Assembly (NCBI GenBank): GCA_040901675.1
Contig: JBBDYJ010000017.1
Location: forward strand, 32,001-96,000
Length of the DNA stretch: 64,000 bases
Direction of reading: 5' to 3'
Origin: Pirellulales bacterium
GTDB lineage: Bacteria; Planctomycetota; Planctomycetia; Pirellulales; JAICIG01
This document shows, piece after piece, positions 9,541 to 17,035 of this stretch. Made by a program: the position numbers and the translations under genes. Numbering within the stretch: the first letter of the stretch is position 1; the number at the start of each line of letters is the position of its first letter. The notes below the pieces were generated by a model that was not told the origin of the DNA, did no database searches, and saw nothing but the letters and a program-made list of their open reading frames with translations.

Positions 9541-10266
9541 ATGGTGTGGGGAATCTATGGGAGCTTGTACTTTCTGGTGGCGGGCGCCGCAATTTTGTTG
9601 CTGTGCCGGCGGGAGAACGCGGGCCGCGTGGCCGGTCCAGCGGTTCCGCGCTGGCTTGGCGCGTGCCTGATCGGCATGGCGCTTGGCGCATCGAGTGCGT
9701 TCGGATCGATGCACTTGCTCGGATACGGGGGCGCGTCAACTTCGCCCGGCCAGCCCGGGGCGGGTGGCGGCGGTGCTCCAGGAGGAGGCGGTGGTCCAGG
9801 GGGAGGTGGTGGTCCAGGGGGAGGCGGTGGCGGCGGGGGCGCGAGCGGACCGGCGACCGACCTGGCAGCCATGGTCGGCAAACTCGATCTTTTGACCGAC
9901 GGCCTCTCGATCGAACTGACCGATAAGCAGCGCGACGATCTGGCCAGCCACCTGAGCGGTCTGGAAGCGATGGATGAGTTGGCCAGCGCGGATGCCGAGA
10001 GGCGGATCAAATTGATCCGGGTGGAGTTGACACCCGAGCAGCGCAGCGCCGTGGAAGCCATCGAGCTGCCGAGACGGCGGGGGGGTGGCGGCGGCGGAGG
10101 CGGCATGGGTGGCGGCGGTGGCGGAGGGGGGGGTGGCGGACCTGGCGGCGGTGGCGGCGGTCCAGGAGGCGGCGGCGGTGCCGGCGGCAACACCAATCCG
10201 TTCAAGGAGGAAGCTACGGCAAAGAAACTGGAGAACTTGCGGCGCAAGCTGGTGGCCGGCGAGTAA
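9541..10266 (+). CDS. Membrane-anchored Gly-rich hypothetical protein
   Basis: Two hydrophobic N-terminal segments; two poly-Gly/GPGG tracts around a helical domain; NPFKEE motif. Confidence 0.7.
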   Translation: MVWGIYGSLYFLVAGAAILLLCRRENAGRVAGPAVPRWLGACLIGMALGASSAFGSMHLLGYGGASTSPGQPGAGGGGAPGGGGGPGGGGGPGGGGGGGGASGPATDLAAMVGKLDLLTDGLSIELTDKQRDDLASHLSGLEAMDELASADAERRIKLIRVELTPEQRSAVEAIELPRRRGGGGGGGGMGGGGGGGGGGGPGGGGGGPGGGGGAGGNTNPFKEEATAKKLENLRRKLVAGE

Positions 10267-10322
10267 TGCCGGCGCTTGGACCGACGGTACCGGCACCCAG
10301 GGCGTGCCCAGGGGCTTGGCAG

Positions 10323-10351
10323 TTGTCATTTGCGTGGCGGCCCGCGATAAT
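10323..10351 (+). promoter_or_regulatory. Putative sigma70 promoter of the kinase gene
   Basis: TTGTCA-17 bp-GATAAT, 42 bp before ATG 10394. Confidence 0.45.
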
Positions 10352-10393
10352 CGAAGGGTAACAAGGCGAGAAAACGAACCTCCGCAGCCGCCG

Positions 10394-12001
10394 ATGGCCG
10401 AGCTACCCAATCTTTCCGTAACGCCGCCGGAGGTGGACCTGTCCGGGCGGCAATTGGGCGATTTCAGGCTCTTGCGGCGCCTGGGCCGGGGGGCGATGGC
10501 CGAGGTCTATCTGGCCGAGCAGGGTTCGTTGCGCCGGCAGGTGGCCATCAAGGTGTTGAAGAGCCACCTGGCCACGGACGAAACGTACGTGAAACGGTTT
10601 CACAACGAGGCCCAGGCAGCCGCGTCGCTGGTCCACGCCAACATCGTGCAGATCCACGACGTCGGCAGCAGCGAGGGGGTGCACTACATCGCGCAGGAGT
10701 ACGTGCAAGGGCAGAACCTGCAGGAATTCATGGTCCGCCGCGGCCCGCCCGACGTGAAGCTGGCGCTGGCGATCATGCGGCAAGTGGCCTCGGCCCTGCA
10801 CAAGGCCGCCTTGGCGGGAATTGTTCACCGGGACATCAAGCCGGAGAACATCATGCTGGGCCGCAGCGGCGAAGTGAAAGTGGCCGACTTCGGGCTGGCG
10901 CGGTTGACGGGCAACGGCGGGGTGAACCTGACGCAGGTCGGGATCACGATGGGGACGCCGTTGTACATGAGTCCCGAGCAAGTGGAGGGGCGCACGCTCG
11001 ATCCGCGGAGCGACATCTACTCGTTCGGTGTGACCTGCTTCCAGATGCTCGCCGGGACGCCTCCTTTCCGGGGCGAGACGGCCTTGAGCGTGGCGGTTCA
11101 GCATTTGAAGACCGAACCGCAGCGGCTGGAGCACCTGCGTCCGGACCTGCCGGTCAGCCTGTGCCGGATCGTTCACAAGATGCTGGCCAAGAATCCGGCG
11201 CAGCGGTACGAAACCGCGCGCGACCTGCTGGTCGATCTGCGGGGCGTGCCGGTCGAGGGGATGGCCGACGACTGGGGCGATCTGGTCGACGAGGCCGACG
11301 GCGCGATCAGCGAGATGCTGGCCGGCGCCCATGCGGCCACCGGGCGTCTGGGGAGCTTGATGAAGACATCGAGGCTGCACTCGATGCGGCGTCGTCGAGT
11401 TCGGGTCTGGATTGCGGCCGGGGTGGTGCTCTCTTTTCTGGCCGGAGGAGCGGCTGGTTGGTCCCAGCGGCCCGCCTACCTGCTGGCCGAGGCGCGGCAG
11501 GCCAACGTGCCGCACCAACTGAATACGGCCGGCGCGCAACTGCTCCGCGCCAAGCTGCAGGACACCGAGGTGGAGGCATGGCTCAAGAGCGTCGAGCGGT
11601 ATTTTCCCAAGGACGAGCGGCACGTGCAGTTGGCCAGGCAGGAATTGGCGAAGCTCTATTTGCTCGAAGACCGCCAGGAAGAAGCAAAGAAGCTGTTCGA
11701 TCAGTTCGCCGACTTGGACGACTCGCAGCGCGAGTTGCGGGCCTTCGGGCTGGCGGGGCAGAGTCTGCTATTGACCCGCACGGGCCGATACCAGGACGCG
11801 ATCGAGAAGCTGGACGAGCTTTGGCCGCTGAAAGAGGAGCTAGACCGCGACCGCAGCATGCGCCAGATGGTTCAAGTTTCGCTCAACGTCATCGAAAGGG
11901 CCAGCGAAAAGCGGGTCAGCGAGGCCCAAGCGAATCAACTCAAGAAGTGGCTGGAGGTGGAGTTTCCGCCGGACGAGGGGGAAACGGACCAGGCCGGTTG
12001 A
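10394..12001 (+). CDS. Transmembrane Hanks-type Ser/Thr protein kinase
   Basis: LGRGAMAEVY, VAIK, HRDIKPEN, DFG, GTPLYMSPEQ, DIYSFG; TM helix VWIAAGVVLSFLAGG; TPR-like C-terminus. Confidence 0.95.
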   Translation: MAELPNLSVTPPEVDLSGRQLGDFRLLRRLGRGAMAEVYLAEQGSLRRQVAIKVLKSHLATDETYVKRFHNEAQAAASLVHANIVQIHDVGSSEGVHYIAQEYVQGQNLQEFMVRRGPPDVKLALAIMRQVASALHKAALAGIVHRDIKPENIMLGRSGEVKVADFGLARLTGNGGVNLTQVGITMGTPLYMSPEQVEGRTLDPRSDIYSFGVTCFQMLAGTPPFRGETALSVAVQHLKTEPQRLEHLRPDLPVSLCRIVHKMLAKNPAQRYETARDLLVDLRGVPVEGMADDWGDLVDEADGAISEMLAGAHAATGRLGSLMKTSRLHSMRRRRVRVWIAAGVVLSFLAGGAAGWSQRPAYLLAEARQANVPHQLNTAGAQLLRAKLQDTEVEAWLKSVERYFPKDERHVQLARQELAKLYLLEDRQEEAKKLFDQFADLDDSQRELRAFGLAGQSLLLTRTGRYQDAIEKLDELWPLKEELDRDRSMRQMVQVSLNVIERASEKRVSEAQANQLKKWLEVEFPPDEGETDQAG

Positions 12002-12026
12002 CAGCCGGCGGCAGGTGGGTTAACAA
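11998..12026 (+). promoter_or_regulatory. Putative sigma70 promoter for the tRNA
   Basis: TTGACA-17 bp-TAACAA, ~70 bp upstream of the tRNA. Confidence 0.4.
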
Positions 12027-12095
12027 ACAATGCACGGGCCGCTAAAGAGATGAACGGCTCGCTTCGGCTCAAGATGGCATCCCAGGGCCGTACCT

Positions 12096-12168
12096 GCCCG
12101 CATCGTCTAGTGGCCTAGGACGCTGGGTTCTCAGCCCAGTAACCGGGGTTCGACTCCCCGTGCGGGTA
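12096..12168 (+). tRNA. tRNA-Glu (anticodon CTC)
   Basis: Acceptor GCCCGCA/TGCGGGT, D-arm TCGTCTAGTGGCCTAGGAC, anticodon arm CTGGG-TTCTCAG-CCCAG, T-arm GGGG-TTCGACT-CCCC; followed by CCT, so CCA is not fully encoded. Confidence 0.97.
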
Positions 12169-12228
12169 CCTTGACCGCATGAACGCGGCCGTCTGGCTTG
12201 CCACGTCCCGTCTCTCACCGTCCGTCTC

Positions 12229-14037
12229 TCACCGGCCGCCTGCGGCCCGCGACCAGTCGGCGGCTACCGCGGCGGGCTCGCCGCCGTAGTGCTTCTTGAA
12301 GGCAGCCGAGAACGGACTACCCTGGCCGAGGTCTTTGAGCAAGGCGGAGAACCTGGCCGGTTTGGACATCAAGGCCTTGAGAAAAGCAAAGCTGAGCGCG
12401 GCCGCATCGCCCGTCACGATGTCGCCCGATTCCAAGAACAAGTCGGGGCCGCGGCCGGCGGCCAGGGCGGCCTTGGCGGCTTCGTCCCACTGGTGGACGG
12501 TCCGGTTCCTGGGGTTGGCCCGGCCGGCGGCCACCCGGGCCGTGCCGACGGCGAACCAGCGGGGCACCTCGGCCTGGCTTTCGATATAGGCCCCCGTGAA
12601 CTGCTGTGCCAGAAGCAGTGCGGGCGTGTCCTTGTCGTTGTTGGGCACCACGAGGCAGCCGTAGGCATCAAGAACGTTGTAGCGCCAATGCCCGGTCCAA
12701 TCGGAGGGGAGCTCGCGCTTCTCGACCATGGTGCCGAACTCGGAATAGTCGAAGCGGTGCTCGAAAGCGAACAGCGTCAGCCGCCCCTTCAAGAAGGGCT
12801 TGCCGGCCTTGAACATGGCCGCGATCTTGCCCTGCTGGACTTTGGCCAGCTCGGCCAGCTCGTCCATGCGGGGGGGCGTGAGGTTGCCCAGCAAGAGGAA
12901 GGCGTCTGCTTGGCGCTGGTCGGGCACCTCATCGGGAATGGCCAGCCGCCAGTTCTTCCCCGCCAGCTCGGCCCGCACGGCGGACAGCTCGTCGTGGGAC
13001 ATGCGGGTGGCGGCCATAATCCGCACGGCCAGGTCGAGCGGCTGCAGGGGGTCGGACCAGTCGAACTTCGCCCCCTCGGCAATCCAGGACTCGAAGCGGG
13101 CGATGACCGCTTCTTCGAGCGGCGGCCGGCGCAGGGGCATCTGGGCGCCCGCCATGCCCCGGAGTTTTTGCACGAGCAGGCTGTCGGCCGGTTTGCCCGG
13201 TGCGATGATCGGGCCGCTGTCGCCGCCGCGCAGGAGCGTGGCGAACGTCGACAGGTCGAGCCGGGCGGCCGGCTGCGGGCCTCCATGGCAATCGATGCAG
13301 GAAGCGACGAGCACGGGCGCGAGGTCGCGGACGAACTGCACGGCTTCGGAGCCGGCGGCCTGGACGACTTGGGGCATCGACGGCCCGCTGGGGTTGGGGA
13401 CGGGAGCCAGCGAGGCGAGGGGCACGGTTTCGGCCCCGCCGTCGAAGCGGGCGCCGGCGTCGATCCAGGCGCTGATCTTGGCCAGCTCCTCGGCTGTGAC
13501 CTTGGGGCCGGTGCGAGGCATATCGCCCGTTTCGATGACCTCGACCAAGCGGCTGCCTTGGCTCTTGCCGGGATTGAAGACGATGCCGGCGTCGGAGCCC
13601 TTTTTCAGATCGGCGAAGGTGGCCATGCTGAAGCCGCCACGGGCGTTGCGGATGTGGCAGTTGCGGCACTTGGAGGCAAAGATGGGCAGCACGTCCTTGG
13701 TAAAGCTGATGTCCGACGTGCCGGCCGGCTTGCCGGTCAGATCGAGTCCCCGTGCTTTGAGCAGCCGCTCGGCCGCCGCCAGTTTTTTCTGGTAGCGGGC
13801 CACTTCGTCCGCCGGGGCGTCGCCGGCCGCGATCCAATCGGCGAGCAACCGTTGGGCCTCTCCCGCGGCCAGGGCGGAGTCGCTGTACTTCTTGCTTTTG
13901 TAGAAGGCCGAAACCTTCCTCAAGGCGCGATCCAGAGATGCCAATGCCGCGCGCTCGTCGCCGGCCGGCTGGGCCGCTCCGAGCGGAGCGTGCAACGCTG
14001 CAGCCAGCGCCAGACAGACGGCGATAGTGTGTCGCAT
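12229..14037 (-). CDS. Exported diheme protein with two Planctomycete-type cytochrome c domains
   Basis: Signal peptide; ISFTKDVLPIFASKCRNCH and FVRDLAPVLVASCIDCHG, each followed by PGK...S.L...MP...WI..GA. Confidence 0.9.
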   Translation of the reverse strand: MRHTIAVCLALAAALHAPLGAAQPAGDERAALASLDRALRKVSAFYKSKKYSDSALAAGEAQRLLADWIAAGDAPADEVARYQKKLAAAERLLKARGLDLTGKPAGTSDISFTKDVLPIFASKCRNCHIRNARGGFSMATFADLKKGSDAGIVFNPGKSQGSRLVEVIETGDMPRTGPKVTAEELAKISAWIDAGARFDGGAETVPLASLAPVPNPSGPSMPQVVQAAGSEAVQFVRDLAPVLVASCIDCHGGPQPAARLDLSTFATLLRGGDSGPIIAPGKPADSLLVQKLRGMAGAQMPLRRPPLEEAVIARFESWIAEGAKFDWSDPLQPLDLAVRIMAATRMSHDELSAVRAELAGKNWRLAIPDEVPDQRQADAFLLLGNLTPPRMDELAELAKVQQGKIAAMFKAGKPFLKGRLTLFAFEHRFDYSEFGTMVEKRELPSDWTGHWRYNVLDAYGCLVVPNNDKDTPALLLAQQFTGAYIESQAEVPRWFAVGTARVAAGRANPRNRTVHQWDEAAKAALAAGRGPDLFLESGDIVTGDAAALSFAFLKALMSKPARFSALLKDLGQGSPFSAAFKKHYGGEPAAVAADWSRAAGGR

Positions 14038-14204
14038 GGGGGCGCCTCGATGAGTTCCACCGGCAGGGGTTGAGCCGAGGCGCCAATTATAGATCATCCG
14101 CCGGGCGGCCGCCAATTTTCGGCGGGTAGCGAAACGCATGCGGCTCTCGACCGGCTGCGGCCGGAGCGGGCCGGTCGCTCGCGCGTTTTCCTCCCTATGC
14201 CGTT

Positions 14205-14711
14205 TCAGAATCCCCAGCCAAAGAAAGTGTCGTGCTCGTAGGGGAGCAAACGGGGGCGGACGGCGCGAGGCGGCGGATACACGGGCGGAACGGCCACCGG
14301 TTGGCGAAAGTCGATATGGCGCACGTGATGGTAGGGATGGTCCTTGGCCCAGTCGTATTCGTGCTCGAGCCGATCGCGCTCGGTCTTGTAGTCGCGCTTG
14401 AGCTGATCGCGCTGGCGGTCGTAGACGTCTTCGAGATGGTCTCGGCGGTGGTCGTACTCGCGCTCGTGCCACTTGCGGGCGGATCGCTTCAGGTGGCGGC
14501 CGCGGTCGCGCTCGTATTTCAAGTGGTCGTCCTGGAGCTCGTAGGCATGTTTGAGTTCGTCGCGCTGCCGCTTGTAGGCCGCTTCGAGCTGCTTCTCTCG
14601 CAGCTTGTGCTGATCTCGCAGGGCATCGCGCCAGTCGTGGTCGGCACGGGCCGTGGAGAGCTGCCCGGAAAAGACCAGTGCGGCGGTTAGCAGGATTGCA
14701 GCAACTCGCAT
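14205..14711 (-). CDS. Secreted highly charged helical protein with 11-residue repeats
   Basis: AGGAGG SD; signal peptide MRVAAILLTAALVFSGQLSTARA; RDxLxxxYxxQ/E repeats. Confidence 0.8.
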   Translation of the reverse strand: MRVAAILLTAALVFSGQLSTARADHDWRDALRDQHKLREKQLEAAYKRQRDELKHAYELQDDHLKYERDRGRHLKRSARKWHEREYDHRRDHLEDVYDRQRDQLKRDYKTERDRLEHEYDWAKDHPYHHVRHIDFRQPVAVPPVYPPPRAVRPRLLPYEHDTFFGWGF

Positions 14712-14897
14712 GACGATTCCTCCTGTATTGCTTCCGGCTGCGGTGGGCGCGTCTGTGAACCAATTACGTGCAGGTCGCATGCCGGCGCCCTAAAAGGACG
14801 CAACCCCTAGGGTAAACAGCGGCTGGCCAGATTGGAAGCATTTGGCCACTGTCGTCGGATTGACTGCAAGCGCCGCCGGAACGGGGCAGGGGGGAGA

Positions 14898-14990
14898 GGG
14901 CAGAAATCAGAGGTCGGAGGTCAGAAGTCAGAGGTCAGAGGGCAGGGAGGCAGGGGGGAGAGGGCAGACGGCCTGGGAAGGCCGTCCTAT
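14898..14990. repeat. 7-mer tandem repeats (GGTCAGA/GGGCAGA) plus a REP-like hairpin
   Basis: gggcaga aatcaga ggtcgga ggtcaga agtcaga ggtcaga gggcagg; then GACGGCC-tgggaa-GGCCGTC-ctat. Confidence 0.8.
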
Positions 14991-15057
14991 TACCTACGGC
15001 GCGGCTGCGTCACGCCGGAGCGTGACGGTGGAACCTCTGTCCCCGGGCTCCTGACGG

Positions 15058-15663
15058 TCAACCCGGCAGCAAGGCGGCCAAGTCGGGGTGGGGCCGGGGA
15101 ATCACGTCGGCCATGATCAGCTTGCCGCCGAGGCGCTCGACGGTTTGCCGGCCGGCTGCGATGGCGGCCTGGACGGCAGCGACGTCGCCTCGCACGATGA
15201 TGGTGACGTAGGCCGCTCCGATCTTCTCTTTGCCGACCAGTTGCACGGCGGCGCTCTTGAGCATTTCGTCCGTGGCGTGCAGCGCCGCCACCAGCCCCTG
15301 GGTTTCGAGCAAACCTATTGCGTTTGAGTTATTCATGGGTGTCTCCCGTGGTGCGCGGGCATCGTAGGCTCCGAGTAATGGACTGTAGGCAGGTTTTTGA
15401 GCAGCCAGAGCGAGTGTTTCATCCCTGGGGCCGGCAAGCCAGGACCAGAAGGCGGTGGCGCCCAGTTGCCGGCCGAGGGCCGCACCCTGTTCGGCCGCCT
15501 CGCGGACGTCGCCGGCCGAGCCGATGAGCTTGATGCACTGGGCCGGCGAATCGGTGCTTTCGATCCCCAGGATCCGCACGCCGGCCGCCTTTGCACAGCG
15601 GTCGGCGACGACGAAGGCCGGGGCCAGATTGCTGATTTCGAGTAACGCAAGGGAAACTCCCAA
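15058..15663 (-). CDS. Bacterial microcompartment shell protein with two BMC domains; internal start at 15336 would give a single-domain BMC-H
   Basis: C-terminal domain AIGLLETQGLVAALHATDEMLKSAAV...KIGAAYVTIIVRGDVAAVQAA...VIPRPH; divergent N-terminal domain SLALLEISNLAPAFVVADRCAKAAGV; TTG start. Confidence 0.9.
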   Translation of the reverse strand: MGVSLALLEISNLAPAFVVADRCAKAAGVRILGIESTDSPAQCIKLIGSAGDVREAAEQGAALGRQLGATAFWSWLAGPRDETLALAAQKPAYSPLLGAYDARAPRETPMNNSNAIGLLETQGLVAALHATDEMLKSAAVQLVGKEKIGAAYVTIIVRGDVAAVQAAIAAGRQTVERLGGKLIMADVIPRPHPDLAALLPG

Positions 15664-15710
15664 CGTCTATCCCCCGACCCTGCTTCTAAGAACCGATTGA
15701 CACGGCGCAT

Positions 15711-15756
15711 CACTGCTTCTCGGTCCCGACACGGCGGGACCTCCAAGCAGTGGCAC
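15711..15756. repeat. Hairpin repeat family B (CACTGCTTCTCG-[variable hairpin]-ACCTCCAAGCAGTGGC)
   Basis: Related copies at 25453-25500 and 54681-54734 (opposite strand). Confidence 0.8.
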
Positions 15757-15793
15757 TACTGACTCTGACTTCTGGCTCCTGTTCCCTGTTCTC

Positions 15794-16831
15794 TTAGGCG
15801 AGGCCGCGGCGTTTCAGCTCGGCCAGGACACCCTGCACAATCTGGTTGACGGCGCGAGGGTCGGCCGCCGACGCCTGCGGCGGGCAGCCGCCGACCGGCT
15901 CGTCGGTGAAGCCCTCTTCGGCCAGCAGGCACTGCAGCGTGTTGGAAAGCGTGCGGATCTGGGCCTGTTGCGTATCGGCCAGCGGCTGGCGGCCGGCGCC
16001 GGGATGGAAGCCCCGCAGGGCCAGCGCGGCGCGGAAGCCCTCGGGAAAATCGGCCGAGTAGAGCATGGCGTCGAACAGCGTGAGCAGCTTGTACTGCAGC
16101 TCGCGCGCTTCGTCGATGCGGCGGGCCATCGTCAGGTCGTAAAGCTTGCGGGTGATCTCCGGCACCACGCCGCTGGTGGCGTTGGTGCCGCCGTCGCAGC
16201 CGATCAACAGCATGGGCATCAGCGCGGCGTCCCAACCGGTGAGGAAGCTGAACTCAGGCCGGTTGGGCCGCACCGCCTGGATCATGCGGATCATGTGGGG
16301 AATATCGCCCGACGAGTCCTTGATGGCGACGATCCGCTCGCACTCCTCGCTCAGCCGCTGGACGGTCGGCACGTCGATGGGCGATGCGAACATGGGGATG
16401 TTGTACAGCGTGACGTCGATGGGCGTGTTGCGGCCGATCTCCTTGAAATAGGCGTAGACGGCGGCCGGACTCAGCTTGTAGTAATAAGGCGAAACGATGG
16501 CCACGGCCCGCACGCCCAGGGAGTGGTAGTATTCGCAGGCGGCCAGGGTCTCCCGCACGTTGGCTTCGGCGGCGCCCGCCAGGAGCGGCACTCGGCCTGC
16601 GGCCTGGTCGGCCATGATGGCGATAATCCGCCGGCGCTCGTCGGGCGTGAAGCGGGTGAATTCACCGGTCGATCCGTTGGGATACAGGCCGTGCACGCCC
16701 CGCTCGATCAGCCAGTCGGTATAGCGGCGCAGCTCCGCTTCGTTGATCTGGCCCCGCTCGTCGAGCGGGACGATATTGGGGGTGAAAATGCCTTCCAGGC
16801 GGGGGGCCCGGGAACGGGGGGATGGACTCAT
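15794..16831 (-). CDS. DapA/NanA-family class I aldolase/dehydratase with a C-terminal encapsulation-peptide-like extension
   Basis: [20 protein letters not shown] (Schiff-base Lys); tail [35 protein letters not shown]. Confidence 0.9.
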   Translation of the reverse strand: MSPSPRSRAPRLEGIFTPNIVPLDERGQINEAELRRYTDWLIERGVHGLYPNGSTGEFTRFTPDERRRIIAIMADQAAGRVPLLAGAAEANVRETLAACEYYHSLGVRAVAIVSPYYYKLSPAAVYAYFKEIGRNTPIDVTLYNIPMFASPIDVPTVQRLSEECERIVAIKDSSGDIPHMIRMIQAVRPNRPEFSFLTGWDAALMPMLLIGCDGGTNATSGVVPEITRKLYDLTMARRIDEARELQYKLLTLFDAMLYSADFPEGFRAALALRGFHPGAGRQPLADTQQAQIRTLSNTLQCLLAEEGFTDEPVGGCPPQASAADPRAVNQIVQGVLAELKRRGLA

Positions 16832-17035
16832 GGGTTGTTCGCCATCGGGACCGAATACCAGCAGGCGGCCTCACTAGCTTAGCCCGCCAGGGCCGGGGCG
16901 GGGAGGGTGCCTGGGCCACGAGGCGTCCGAGCCGGGCACTTGCCGCGTGAGGTGCCAGGGTGTAGCCTTGCGGGTGGTAGGGACTGTGCGGAGGCGATGG
17001 CACGATCGTGCAGCAGATTGGCATAGGTTCTCGCC

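Noticed and set aside
12096..12168. tRNA-Glu as an integration site of an island or prophage
   Set aside because: No integrase nearby and no duplicated tRNA 3' end seen in the window.
15794..16831. Housekeeping dapA for lysine biosynthesis
   Set aside because: Family membership is clear, but the BMC context and extra tail argue for a catabolic paralogue; no symbol assigned.
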